From a virus, in the IMG/VR virus record IMGVR_UViG_3300042294_004161, positions 1-64,000 of that record: DNA of 64,000 bases. One strand, given 5' to 3'. The notes beneath the pieces are model-generated. The model had not been told where the DNA came from, searched no databases, and worked only from the letters and a program-made list of their open reading frames with translations. Below, piece after piece: positions 9,549-19,818 of this stretch. A program made the translations under genes and the position numbers. Numbering within the stretch: the stretch's first letter is position 1; every line of letters starts with the position of its first letter.

Positions 9549-10406
9549 ATGAATATAAAACATTCGAAGTATAAAAATACAGGAATCTTATTTGAATTAC
9601 TTGTCAGACAAATTACATCAGATACATTGTCAGGTAAAGATTCTAAGGCGACTGATATTTTAAAAAAATACTTTATTAAGAGTGAACTAGGAAGAGAATA
9701 TAAACTATATGAGGCTCTTTCAAAGTATAAAAATTTAACAGAGGGTAAAGCAGAATTAGTAATTAATTCCATTGTTGAGTCTTCTAAAAATTTAAACAGA
9801 GGTACTTTAAAGAGACAAAAATATAACTTAATTAAAGAAATATCTAAACATTACAATTTAGAAGAATTTTTTAAAACTAAAATTTCTAGTTACAAATATT
9901 ATGCCTCTTTATATACTTTATTAGAAATATATAACAGTGATCAATTATCTAACCCTGATCAAATCATAGATAATAAAATAGCAATTTTAGAGACATTAAC
10001 CTCTAAAAATATTAACAAACAAAAGATTGAAGACGAATTATTAACTGAGTTTCAATCATACGATAAAGATTTACGTATTCTAACATATAAAGTTATGTTA
10101 GAGAAATTTAATGGCAAATATGCCTCATTAAATGAAAACCAAAAAGAAATATTAAAAGAATTTATTAACTCAGTAGATTCAACTCCTAAATTAAAAGAAT
10201 TTTACAATACTAAAATTCAAGAAATTAAAACAAAATTAAATCAACATAAATCAAAAATAACAGATAAAACTATTCAAATTAAATTGAATGAAGTTAATAG
10301 TTTACTGTCACCTGTAGGAAAAACTAAAAATATAGGTAATGATGATTTGGTCAATTTATTACAATATTATGAACTTTTAGAAGAACTTAGTAAAGTAAAT
10401 GGGTAA
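9549..10406 (+). CDS. Hypothetical head-module protein (helical, Lys/Glu-rich)
   Basis: Between portal and protease; late motif at 9525. Confidence 0.6.
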   Translation: MNIKHSKYKNTGILFELLVRQITSDTLSGKDSKATDILKKYFIKSELGREYKLYEALSKYKNLTEGKAELVINSIVESSKNLNRGTLKRQKYNLIKEISKHYNLEEFFKTKISSYKYYASLYTLLEIYNSDQLSNPDQIIDNKIAILETLTSKNINKQKIEDELLTEFQSYDKDLRILTYKVMLEKFNGKYASLNENQKEILKEFINSVDSTPKLKEFYNTKIQEIKTKLNQHKSKITDKTIQIKLNEVNSLLSPVGKTKNIGNDDLVNLLQYYELLEELSKVNG

Positions 10407-10959
10407 GTTCAAATATAAAATAAAAGAAACATCCTCAATTGGTTCAAATTCAGGATTTATATCAGGTGGTGAAGGTGAAAACCATACAGGTCCATCTCCT
10501 CGTAAATCAACATATGGAGCATATACTCAGGCTGGATTTAAAAAAGTAGAAGAAGGACCAGGAGCAACATTTGGTCCAGGTCCAGCTGCTGGTCCTGAAG
10601 GTGTAAAAGACAATGTTTATGTTAAAAAATTTAACTATAAACTAGTTAACCAAAAAGAATTAAATAAAAAAGCAAAAGGTATTATAGTTAAACCACTTTG
10701 GGAATCTGAAGATGTAGATTCATATTTAGATGGATTAAATATAACTGACCCTGATAGAAGAAAATTTATATCAAGCCGATTAAAAGGTTTTGATTTATTA
10801 GAAGATAAACTAAATGCTTTAATACCATTTCTACAAAAAGCAAAACATGAAACTATGGATTTCTATAGAGAAAATCCAGATTCATTCACTGTAGTATATG
10901 GTACAGATTTAGCTAACGATTATTTAAACGACTTAATAGAACTATTTAAACAAGAATAA
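10399..10959 (+). CDS. Hypothetical head-module protein
   Basis: Overlaps upstream gene; Gly/Pro-rich segment. Confidence 0.55.
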   Translation: MGKFKYKIKETSSIGSNSGFISGGEGENHTGPSPRKSTYGAYTQAGFKKVEEGPGATFGPGPAAGPEGVKDNVYVKKFNYKLVNQKELNKKAKGIIVKPLWESEDVDSYLDGLNITDPDRRKFISSRLKGFDLLEDKLNALIPFLQKAKHETMDFYRENPDSFTVVYGTDLANDYLNDLIELFKQE

Positions 10960-10960
10960 A

Positions 10961-11188
10961 ATGGCAAACGTACCAGTTAACGCAACAGGATTAGTAACAA
11001 CAGCATCAATAACAGGATCTTTCGCTGGATTCACAGTAGTCTCAGGTTCAGCAACTTTTACAGGACTTAAAGATTATCAAGGAGTTAATTTAGCAACTAC
11101 AAATTGGACACTTCCAGCAGGAACTACAGTACCAATTTATGTTACAAGTGCTTCTTTATCATCAGGTGCAGTATTATTCTATCTATAA
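10961..11188 (+). CDS. Small Ser/Thr/Gly-rich putative virion protein
   Basis: 75 aa beta-type composition, tightly packed in head module. Confidence 0.5.
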   Translation: MANVPVNATGLVTTASITGSFAGFTVVSGSATFTGLKDYQGVNLATTNWTLPAGTTVPIYVTSASLSSGAVLFYL

Positions 11189-11200
11189 TATTTATAACAA

Positions 11201-12079
11201 ATGGAAAAGACAATACAACAACAATACGACCTTATTAAAGAAGGCAAAGGAAACAAAGACGACTTTTTAAAAAGTGCTCGTCGTGTATTCCCTGAACTAA
11301 TAACTCCAGGAAATGACTATAATACTGCTGTTCATATATTAAAAAGCAAAAGCATATTATCTGAAGGTACTAGTACTGTAACAGCAAATAAAAATTGGTT
11401 CAAAATATTTGAAACAAATTTAAAAGAAGCTGTTGGTGTTAAAGACACTAAAGAATATGGTGACCAAAACACATTTGAAAAAATTGACAAAGATGTTAAA
11501 GCTGCTTTAGATCATCAATTTGACAATAAAGATCCTAAAAACATAGATAACGTTTATGGTCAATCATTCTTAATCGGGTATTTAGCTGAAATGGATGATC
11601 CAAAAAATGCTAAAAAAACAGTTGACGAATTAAAAGCTATTGTATTAAAAAACATGGCTAAAGATATTAACTATTATGCTAAGAATGGAATGTTTGGTGT
11701 TAAAGGTATTGGTTTAGAAACATCAAAAGTATCAAAACCACTTAAAGGTAAATTTAAATCAAGTGGATATGGTGATTTAAAAGAAAATCAATCAACAAAT
11801 GAAGGTATTGGAATGTTTAATGATCCTATGGGATTTAAAAAACCTGAATTAAGTAATATAAATAAAATATTTACTAAAGAATATAAAGGGGAGGGAATGT
11901 ATGATATTTTTAAAAATGGAAAAAAAGTTAAATCTATTGAAGGTGAAGGCAATGCTAATGCTTGGATAAATACTGAAAAAAGAAAATTAAATGACATGAG
12001 TGAGGAAAAATTGGATTCTTTAAAAGAAAACAAACTCCGCTCAGTAATTCGTAATTTAATAAACGAAGAATTAAACTAA
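11201..12079 (+). CDS. Putative prohead core protein
   Basis: Directly upstream of protease; many (L/I)-x-E sites; C-terminal LRSVIRNLINEE resembles the shared leader helix. Confidence 0.5.
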   Translation: MEKTIQQQYDLIKEGKGNKDDFLKSARRVFPELITPGNDYNTAVHILKSKSILSEGTSTVTANKNWFKIFETNLKEAVGVKDTKEYGDQNTFEKIDKDVKAALDHQFDNKDPKNIDNVYGQSFLIGYLAEMDDPKNAKKTVDELKAIVLKNMAKDINYYAKNGMFGVKGIGLETSKVSKPLKGKFKSSGYGDLKENQSTNEGIGMFNDPMGFKKPELSNINKIFTKEYKGEGMYDIFKNGKKVKSIEGEGNANAWINTEKRKLNDMSEEKLDSLKENKLRSVIRNLINEELN

Positions 12080-12685
12080 ATGAAACAAGTACTAATTGAA
12101 ACTATACCATTTAATGTATCTCCCATACAATTAACTGAAGGTTTAAAAGCACCTTCTGGTAATCCTATGGTAGAGGGTGTACTAGCCACAGCTGAAGTTA
12201 AAAATGGTAATGGTAGATATTATCCTAAAGAATTATGGGAGAGAGAAATGGATAAATACTCCCAAATCATTAAAGAAAATAGAGCTATGGGTGAATTAGA
12301 CCATCCTGATTCTTCTATAATCAATTTAAAAAATGTATCTCATGTTATTAGAGAAGTAAGATGGGATGGAGATAAAGTACTTGGTAAAATAGAAATATTA
12401 CCTACTTCATCTGGAAATATATTAAAAGCACTCATAGAAAATAATGTTACAGTAGGTGTGTCTTCTCGTGGAATGGGAAGTTTAAAACAAATTGGTGAAA
12501 CATTAGAAGTACAAGATGATTTTGAATTATTATGTTGGGATTTCGTTTCTACACCTTCAAACCCAGGCTCATATATGCACTTGGTTAGAGAAGGTAAAGA
12601 ACATAACATTGAAGATAAATTCGCAAAAGTAAATTCTTTATTAATGGAAATACTTTGCGCTAATGGGACTTGTCCTATTATTTAA
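12080..12685 (+). CDS. Prohead core protease (T4 gp21-like)
   Basis: NGNGRYYP, GELDHP, VSH, GVSSRGMGS, DFVSTPS. Confidence 0.95.
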   Translation: MKQVLIETIPFNVSPIQLTEGLKAPSGNPMVEGVLATAEVKNGNGRYYPKELWEREMDKYSQIIKENRAMGELDHPDSSIINLKNVSHVIREVRWDGDKVLGKIEILPTSSGNILKALIENNVTVGVSSRGMGSLKQIGETLEVQDDFELLCWDFVSTPSNPGSYMHLVREGKEHNIEDKFAKVNSLLMEILCANGTCPII

Positions 12686-12735
12686 GAAGCCTGCTACCAT
12701 AGGTAATCGCCCCTCAAAGATAGTATCTTTGGACT

Positions 12736-12762
12736 AAAGCCCACGAAAGTGGGCTTTTTTTT
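12736..12762 (+). terminator. Intrinsic terminator
   Basis: AAAGCCCAC-GAAA-GTGGGCTTT plus T run. Confidence 0.9.
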
Positions 12763-12913
12763 CTAACTCTGCGATTTTCAAATATCCTCATATATGTATA
12801 TGAGAAATATATGGTTTCTTATACCATATTAATATAAATAATTTCTATTACGCTTTAACATTCGTTAACAATAAGCGTATTTCCAACAACAATTTAATTT
12901 GAGGACAAAAGGT

Positions 12914-14017
12914 ATGAACAGAAGTTTGCTAACCGAAGCAATCGCTGATGCAAAAGCCGTAAAAGAAACCGCTATTGCAAATGCAAAAGCCGCTCTAGAA
13001 GAAGCATTCACACCGTATTTGAAAGAAAAGTTAGCTGCAAAGTTAGCTGAAATGGATAATATGGATGAAGCTGATGATATGATGGCAGAGAAAAAGGAAG
13101 AAATGGAAGAAAATTTCGACATGGATGAATCTAAAGAAATGGATGAAGCAACTCACATGGATGAGGCTGAAGACATGGAAGAAGGTAAAGATATGGAAGA
13201 AATGGACTTAGATGAACTCCTTAGAGAACTAGAAGGAATGGAAGAAGGTGAAAAAGAAGAAATGATGGAAGGTGAAGAGGACTTAATCAACGATCCCAAA
13301 GGACCCACAGCACATGGTAATGTGGCTGAAGAGGAAGATATGGAAATGGGCGAAGAAGATGAAGAAATGGATCTGGAAAACATGACTGAAGAAGACCTTA
13401 AATCATTCATTGAAAGTGTAATCGCTGATATGGTAGCCGCAGGTGAACTGGAAGGTGAAGTAGAAGGCGAAATGGGTGATGATGAAATAGAAATGGAAGA
13501 TGAAGAAGAAGTTGACATCGAAGAATTATTAGCCGAATTAATGACTGAAAGAAAGAAATATGGTGGTAATAAAGGAGATGTACCTGCTAAAAAACGTGGT
13601 GATAAAAAAGACACAGCAGAAGAAGAAGGAGTTGAAGACTACAAGAAGAAAGCCAAGAAAATGGAAGAACAACTTGCAGAAGCTAATAAAGCAATCAACA
13701 CTATCAGAGCTGAACTTAACGAAGTTAATTTATTAAACGCTAAGTTACTTTACACTAACAAAATCTTCAAAGCCAGAACATTATCAGAATCACAAAAAGT
13801 GAAAGTATTGGAAGCTTTTGATAAAGCAGCAACAGTAAAAGAAGTTAAACTTGTATTTGAAACACTATCTAATAATGCTAAAGAAAAGAAAACTTCTATC
13901 AACGAATCAATGTTCGGAGGTGCTTCTAAAGCATCAGGTGTTGCTCCAACAAAGAAACCAATACTTGAAGTAAACGACCAATTCTCCAGATGGCAGAAAT
14001 TGGCCGGTATTAAGTAA
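12914..14017 (+). CDS. Prohead scaffolding protein (gp22-like position)
   Basis: Very acidic coiled-coil protein between protease and capsid; start moved to ATG 12914. Confidence 0.8.
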   Translation: MNRSLLTEAIADAKAVKETAIANAKAALEEAFTPYLKEKLAAKLAEMDNMDEADDMMAEKKEEMEENFDMDESKEMDEATHMDEAEDMEEGKDMEEMDLDELLRELEGMEEGEKEEMMEGEEDLINDPKGPTAHGNVAEEEDMEMGEEDEEMDLENMTEEDLKSFIESVIADMVAAGELEGEVEGEMGDDEIEMEDEEEVDIEELLAELMTERKKYGGNKGDVPAKKRGDKKDTAEEEGVEDYKKKAKKMEEQLAEANKAINTIRAELNEVNLLNAKLLYTNKIFKARTLSESQKVKVLEAFDKAATVKEVKLVFETLSNNAKEKKTSINESMFGGASKASGVAPTKKPILEVNDQFSRWQKLAGIK

Positions 14018-14053
14018 TAAAATTTAACAAAAACTAAAAACCAAATTTAAAAA

Positions 14054-15763
14054 ATGTCACAAGTACAACAATTATTAGAAAGCGCTGCAGGTTCTTGGAA
14101 GAACATGCAAAGCGATGCTGCTAGATTAGCTGGCAAGTGGGCTAAAACAGGCTTACTTGAAAGTTTAGGTGAAATCGAAAAGAATAACATGTCTATTCTA
14201 TTAGAAAACCAAGCTAAGCAGTTAGTAACAGAAGCAAACACTATCTCTTCAAATTCATCTTTCGTATCAAACGGACAAGGTGAGAACTGGGCTGGTATTG
14301 CTCTTCCTTTAGTTAGAAAAGTATTCGGTACTATCGTAGCTAAAGAGTTTGTTTCAGTTCAACCAATGAACATGCCTTCAGGCCTGGTGTTCTTCTTAGA
14401 TTTCCAATATGGTAATTCTAAGTCACCATTTACTGCAGGTTCTTCATTATATGGTAACAGAAACACTGCCTCAAGATTCCCATTCTCTACTCCAGAAGCA
14501 GTTGGCGGTTTATATGGTGGTCCAGAAGGTCGTTTTACATATGCAACTAACCAATTCTCTGGTTCAGCTACAATCACTACAGCTTCAATTTCATCAGCTT
14601 CATTTGCTGACGTAAATTTTGATTCTGCTTTCTCAGCATCAGTAGCTGCTGGTACAATTAAGGAAATTATTTTCCCTGATGCTAGCACAAACTTAGTAGC
14701 ATTTGACCAAGATGCAGTACGTGGATTTATCTTAACTTCAGGTTCAACTTTAGCCGTTGAGGATTGTTTAAACCAATTCACTACTTACAACTACACTAAC
14801 AACACTATTACTTTCTACGTATCAGCTTCAACTGCTGAAATCGCAAACACTGGTCCATACGTTGTAACTTATCAGAAAGCCGGTAACCAAGAAGGTATTC
14901 CAGTATTCTCAGGTGGTAACAACTTCAGTGGTTCAGGTAGAGGTGATTTTGAAGCTGAAGGTGCTTTCTCAGTACCAAACGCTGCTTCAACAACAGACAT
15001 CGTTATTCCTGAAATCAATGTTAGAATGCAATCATCTGCCATCACTGCAAAAACCAAGAAATTGAAAGCAGTATGGACGCCAGAATTTGCTCAAGACTTA
15101 GCTGCTTACCAGAACATTGACGCAGAAGCTGAATTAACAAACATCATGAGTGAGTATATTTCAATGGAAATTGATTTAGAAATCTTAGATATGTTAATCG
15201 AAGATGCTGCTGCTGAAACTGAATACTGGTCAGCTATTAACAACCAAGTAATCAATGCTACTGGTACTGCATTTGAAAACAATGCTTCAGCATTCTACAA
15301 CACTCAAGGTCAGTGGTTCCAAACTTTAGGTACTAAAATCCAAAAAGTATCTAACAAGATCCACCAGTTAACCTTAAGAGGTGGTGCTAATTTCTTAATC
15401 ACTTCACCAACTGTAGCAACTATCCTTGAGTCAATCCCAGGATTTGCTTCTACAAACAACGGTGAAGCTGATCAAATGGAATATGCATTCGGTGTTCAGA
15501 AAATTGGTTCAGTTAACGGTCGTTACAAGGTTTACAAGAACCCATACATGACTGAAAACTTGATCTTAATGGGATACAAAGGTTCACAATTCCTAGAAAC
15601 AGGTGCTGTATTTGCTCCTTATATTCCGTTGATCATGACTCCATTAGTGTACGATCCAGAAACCTTCACACCAAGAAAAGGTCTCTTAACCCGTTACGCT
15701 AAGAAAATGCTTCGTCCGGAATTCTATGGCAAAATTTATATCAATGGTTTAAACACCATCTAA
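14054..15763 (+). CDS. Major capsid protein (T4 gp23-like) with Ser/Thr-rich insertion
   Basis: LLENQ, VSVQPMNMPSGLVF, KLKAVWTPEFAQDL, DAEAELTNI, FAPYIPL, TFTPRKGLLTRYA. Confidence 0.96.
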   Translation: MSQVQQLLESAAGSWKNMQSDAARLAGKWAKTGLLESLGEIEKNNMSILLENQAKQLVTEANTISSNSSFVSNGQGENWAGIALPLVRKVFGTIVAKEFVSVQPMNMPSGLVFFLDFQYGNSKSPFTAGSSLYGNRNTASRFPFSTPEAVGGLYGGPEGRFTYATNQFSGSATITTASISSASFADVNFDSAFSASVAAGTIKEIIFPDASTNLVAFDQDAVRGFILTSGSTLAVEDCLNQFTTYNYTNNTITFYVSASTAEIANTGPYVVTYQKAGNQEGIPVFSGGNNFSGSGRGDFEAEGAFSVPNAASTTDIVIPEINVRMQSSAITAKTKKLKAVWTPEFAQDLAAYQNIDAEAELTNIMSEYISMEIDLEILDMLIEDAAAETEYWSAINNQVINATGTAFENNASAFYNTQGQWFQTLGTKIQKVSNKIHQLTLRGGANFLITSPTVATILESIPGFASTNNGEADQMEYAFGVQKIGSVNGRYKVYKNPYMTENLILMGYKGSQFLETGAVFAPYIPLIMTPLVYDPETFTPRKGLLTRYAKKMLRPEFYGKIYINGLNTI

Positions 15764-15786
15764 TATAAAACCATAGAATGATTATT

Positions 15787-15812
15787 AAGAGCCGCATTTT
15801 GCGGCTCTTTTT
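15787..15812 (+). terminator. Intrinsic terminator after capsid gene
   Basis: AAGAGCCGCA-TTT-TGCGGCTCTT plus Ts. Confidence 0.9.
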
Positions 15813-15844
15813 AATATGTATAATAGACCTGAAAATTCTGGACT

Positions 15845-16432
15845 ATGGATAATAAAATATGTAAAATGTGTAATTCACAATATAATATAAATGAATTTTA
15901 TAATAAAAAAACATCAAGTGATGGTAAACATATTTACTGTAAAACTTGTATGAAACAAGAAAAAAAACAATATTATTTACAAACTAAAGATATTCGCTCA
16001 GACTACTATAAAACATACCGAGATCAAAATAAAGAATATTTTAATCAATATTGTAACAATCATTACCATACTAAAAAAGAATTATATCGAGAATGGAATA
16101 AAAACCAATACCACACAGATATATCATTTAGAATAAAACATGTAACATCAGCTAGAATTAATGAAGCTCTTAAAACATATCAGACATTAAAAAGAAATCG
16201 TACCATAGAATATTTAGGATGCAATATGGATGAATATACTCAGTATCTTGAATATCAATTTACTTCAGAAATGAATTGGGATAATTATGGAGAATATTGG
16301 GAAATAGATCATATTAAACCAGTAGATTCTTTTGATTTGAATAACGAAGAAAATTTATATAAATGTTTTCATTACCTTAACACTCAACCTTTAGAAAAAA
16401 CTAAAAACCGAGAAAAAAGTAATAAATATTAA
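15845..16432 (+). CDS. HNH homing-endonuclease-like protein with N-terminal Cys4 zinc finger
   Basis: CKMC...CKTC; YLGC, MNWDNYGEYWEIDHIKP...HYLNTQPL...NREK. Confidence 0.85.
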   Translation: MDNKICKMCNSQYNINEFYNKKTSSDGKHIYCKTCMKQEKKQYYLQTKDIRSDYYKTYRDQNKEYFNQYCNNHYHTKKELYREWNKNQYHTDISFRIKHVTSARINEALKTYQTLKRNRTIEYLGCNMDEYTQYLEYQFTSEMNWDNYGEYWEIDHIKPVDSFDLNNEENLYKCFHYLNTQPLEKTKNREKSNKY

Positions 16433-16440
16433 ATGAATAA

Positions 16441-16464
16441 CCCCGCGAAAGCGGGGCTTTTTTT
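16441..16464 (+). terminator. Intrinsic terminator after HNH gene
   Basis: CCCCGC-GAAA-GCGGGG-C-T7. Confidence 0.9.
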
Positions 16465-16486
16465 CATATGTATAATAAAAACACTC

Positions 16487-16768
16487 ATGTTTAATATTTT
16501 TGAAGAAATAACATGGCCTCAATTTAGCCAATTATCCCATATTTCTAAACTCCAAATAAACGAACAAGTACAATACTACAATCAGTATTTATATCAATTA
16601 AGTGAAGCTAGAAGTAATTGGACAACATATCAAAATAAAGGTCCTTATATCCCTACAATTCAAAATATAGGATTTTTAGCACAGGAAGAATATAATTCTA
16701 TTTCTCAAGATTATTTTACTATCTTACAAGAAGATAGTTCATCAATATTTGTAACAGCTTTAATTTAA
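16487..16768 (+). CDS. Hypothetical putative virion protein
   Basis: Start moved to ATG 16487, downstream of the terminator and the late motif at 16466; C-terminal ILQED motif. Confidence 0.55.
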   Translation: MFNIFEEITWPQFSQLSHISKLQINEQVQYYNQYLYQLSEARSNWTTYQNKGPYIPTIQNIGFLAQEEYNSISQDYFTILQEDSSSIFVTALI

Positions 16769-16772
16769 TAAT

Positions 16773-17402
16773 ATGCCAAATTTACCAATATCACAACTTC
16801 CATCATCTGATCCTTTAACAGGTAATGAATTATTTGCTATAGTGCAAGATGGAGTAACAAAACAAACAACATTTGATGAAATTTATACTGGATTAACTGG
16901 TTCCTTTGTATCATCTTCAACTTTTAATAGCTATACAAGCTCAGTTCAAAGCTATTATTTATCGGCTTATCATACAGCTTCTTTAACTACAGTAGCCCAA
17001 AATACTCCATATTCTATGTCTTTTAGTTCAACAGATTTTAGTAGTGGTATAACTATAGGAGGACCAATTAGAAATCAAATTCAAATATCTAATACTGGAA
17101 TATATGATATCCAATTTTCAGCCCAAGTTGATAAAACAAGTGGTACTACTGTAAATGGGTATATTTGGTTAGCAAAAAATGGAACAAATGTACCTGAAAC
17201 TAATACTCAAATAACATTAGCTGGGGGGCAAAATGATGCTCAAGTAGCTGCTTGGAATTTTTATATATCTGCCTCTGCTGGAGATTATTATGAATTAAGA
17301 TATGGTGCAGATCAAACTAATTTTAGAATCCATTATAATACTTCACCAACTGTAGGTCCTGATATCCCCTCAATTATATTAACTGTTGGTAGAATAGCTT
17401 AA
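16773..17402 (+). CDS. Putative head/neck fibre or decoration protein with C1q/TNF-like C-terminal domain
   Basis: N-terminal ISQLP...IVQDGVTKQ; TGIYDIQFSAQ and AGDYYEL beta-sandwich pattern. Confidence 0.55.
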   Translation: MPNLPISQLPSSDPLTGNELFAIVQDGVTKQTTFDEIYTGLTGSFVSSSTFNSYTSSVQSYYLSAYHTASLTTVAQNTPYSMSFSSTDFSSGITIGGPIRNQIQISNTGIYDIQFSAQVDKTSGTTVNGYIWLAKNGTNVPETNTQITLAGGQNDAQVAAWNFYISASAGDYYELRYGADQTNFRIHYNTSPTVGPDIPSIILTVGRIA

Positions 17403-17448
17403 AAATAATAAACATTTAAAGAAAATGTTTTAACTAAAAAAATAATTT

Positions 17449-18126
17449 ATGAGAGAATCAAACAGAGAACGGAAATCTGAAATTAAAGCGATTAGTCAAA
17501 TTCAACTTAACACTGAACAAAAAGAAGCCAAACAAACAATTATAGATAACCAAATTGTTATAATAACAGGAAGAGCAGGTTCAGGTAAGTCTTTAGTTTG
17601 TGCTCAAACAGCCTTAGATTTCTTAAAAAAGAAACAAATAGATTGTATCTATAACACAAGATCAGCAATTGAAGTAGGTCGTAGTCTAGGATATCTACCA
17701 GGAGCATTAAATGAAAAATTTGATCCATATATGGAGGCTTTAGTAGAAAATCTAAACAAATGCTGTGTTGATAAAACTGAAGTTCCAAAACTTATTACAG
17801 ATGGAAAAATTAAAGCAATGCCTGTTCAATTTATTAGAGGAAAAACAGTAGATGATGTTCTAATAGTTGAGGAAGCACAAAACCTAACAAAATCAGAAAT
17901 GTTAGCCATATTAACTCGTTTAGGTAAAAATGGTAAAATCATAATTAATGGAGATAATGAACAAACTGATATTAAAACTTCAACAGGTGAAATGAATGGT
18001 TTATCATATGTTATTGAATTATCTAAAAAAATAGATGAAATTAAATGGGTTAAATTAAAAGAAAACCATAGATCTGATTTAGTAGGTAAAATATTAGATT
18101 ATGAATATAAAAACAAAACATCTTAA
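17449..18126 (+). CDS. phoH: PhoH-family ATPase
   Basis: GRAGSGKS, LGYLPG, FIRGKT, VEEAQN, LTRLG, GDNEQTD, HRSDLV. Confidence 0.93.
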   Translation: MRESNRERKSEIKAISQIQLNTEQKEAKQTIIDNQIVIITGRAGSGKSLVCAQTALDFLKKKQIDCIYNTRSAIEVGRSLGYLPGALNEKFDPYMEALVENLNKCCVDKTEVPKLITDGKIKAMPVQFIRGKTVDDVLIVEEAQNLTKSEMLAILTRLGKNGKIIINGDNEQTDIKTSTGEMNGLSYVIELSKKIDEIKWVKLKENHRSDLVGKILDYEYKNKTS

Positions 18127-18143
18127 TATTTATAAATAAAAAC

Positions 18144-18566
18144 ATGGCAACTTTTACTTCTCAAATATTTGAAATATTAAATTTAAATGGAGACAATGTA
18201 GGATCCTCTGTTACTAACACTATTAATAATATTAATTATGTTGATAATAGAAGTCTTAGTGTCCCATCAGGATCAGTTACTACATTATTTTCAATGGATG
18301 CAAACCCAGGAGCTGGTACTTTTGTAACAAGTAGTATTCAGTATGTTAGAGTAACTAACAATTCAACATCTACTCCTATTAAATTAATTATATCTTCATC
18401 AAATGAGGCTATGAGTTATTTAATTTCTACTGGTAGTTCATATATGTTATCTACTAGTAAAATGACAGGAAGTACTAGTGGATTAACATTTGATGATATT
18501 AAATCAGTAAAAGTTCAACCTTCAACAACATCAGCAAATATAGAATATTATATTGCTACAAACTAA
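18144..18566 (+). CDS. Ser/Thr-rich putative virion protein
   Basis: Late motif at 18126; YVRVTN; located before neck genes. Confidence 0.5.
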   Translation: MATFTSQIFEILNLNGDNVGSSVTNTINNINYVDNRSLSVPSGSVTTLFSMDANPGAGTFVTSSIQYVRVTNNSTSTPIKLIISSSNEAMSYLISTGSSYMLSTSKMTGSTSGLTFDDIKSVKVQPSTTSANIEYYIATN

Positions 18567-18576
18567 ATAGAAAAAC

Positions 18577-19809
18577 ATGTCATCAACCTCAATAGCTATT
18601 TGGCCTGGTTCAAGTTCATTTGCCCAAGTATCATCATCATTCTATGTAAGCCAAAGTTGGCCACCACCAACTCCATTTGGTTTCTATGATAATGATGGTG
18701 AATTCCAAAATGATGCTAACAGGGTTGCTAACTTTTGTGCTCTTCGTTTAGGATATCCTATTGAGAATGTTGAATTACAAGATATTAATTTTTGGGCTGG
18801 ATTTGAAGAAGCCACAACTATATATGGTAATGAATTATACGCGTTTCAAACTAGAGACAATTATTTATCTTTAGAAGGAGCATCAACTACTGTAAATGTA
18901 AACACAGATATTATTACTCCATCAATGGCTAATATTGTTAGAATATCTCAACAATATGGAGAAGAAGCAGGAGCTGGTGGTAATGTTACTTGGTATAAAG
19001 GTCAATTAGAACTACAACGAGGTGTACAGAGATATGATTTAACAAAATGGGCAGAAGATGAAAATATTGTAGGTGGAATTGAAATTAAAAATGTATTCTA
19101 TCAACCACCCCCAGCAGTAAGTCAATTATATTCTACCACTCTAATGACTGGACAAGGTGGATTAGGTGGAGTACCAGCAGCAGGTTTATATGGATTTGGA
19201 TATGGATTCGCTAATTACTTAATGATGCCTACAAGTTTCAATATGCAAAATATACAAGCTATTGAAATGCAGAATACAGTAATGTTATCTAATTATACTT
19301 TTAATATTGTAAATAATATATTAACTGTATTTCCTATTCCTGGTACTGGAGGATTTGATATTGGAGAAGAAGATCGAGGAGATTTAGGGTATGGACATTT
19401 CTTAATATTTGATTTCATTAAGATCCAAGAACGATTAGACTCAGCATTTACTAATGGAACCAACAAAATAAATAACACCTCAGATGTTCCTTATGTTAAC
19501 CCAACATACTCTAAAATTAACTCAATTGGTAGAAGTTGGATATTTGAATATACTTTAGCATTAGCTAAAGAAATGTTAGGATACACTAGAAATAAATACT
19601 CTCAAATTCCAATCCCAGGTGCTGAAGTAACATTAAATGGTGATACTTTAATAACAAGTGCTCAAACATCAAAAGAAGCATTAATCTTAAGATTAAGAGA
19701 ATATTTTGATCAAACTTCACGTCAAGCTTTACTTGAAAGAAGAGCAGCAGAAACAGTTGCTCGTGTTCAAGAAATTAGTCAAGTACCAATGCCAATATAC
19801 ATTGCTTAA
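18577..19809 (+). CDS. Neck protein (T4 gp13-like)
   Basis: LRLGYPIENVEL, WIFEYTLALAKEMLG..RNKY..IPIPG..VTLNG. Confidence 0.85.
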   Translation: MSSTSIAIWPGSSSFAQVSSSFYVSQSWPPPTPFGFYDNDGEFQNDANRVANFCALRLGYPIENVELQDINFWAGFEEATTIYGNELYAFQTRDNYLSLEGASTTVNVNTDIITPSMANIVRISQQYGEEAGAGGNVTWYKGQLELQRGVQRYDLTKWAEDENIVGGIEIKNVFYQPPPAVSQLYSTTLMTGQGGLGGVPAAGLYGFGYGFANYLMMPTSFNMQNIQAIEMQNTVMLSNYTFNIVNNILTVFPIPGTGGFDIGEEDRGDLGYGHFLIFDFIKIQERLDSAFTNGTNKINNTSDVPYVNPTYSKINSIGRSWIFEYTLALAKEMLGYTRNKYSQIPIPGAEVTLNGDTLITSAQTSKEALILRLREYFDQTSRQALLERRAAETVARVQEISQVPMPIYIA

Positions 19810-19818
19810 ATAAATAAT

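Noticed and set aside
16433-16486. N-terminal extension of the 16433 ORF (similar over-long starts at 6014, 12899, 39289, 55244)
   Set aside because: Runs through a terminator or overlaps the upstream gene; downstream ATGs fit motif position and gene coupling better
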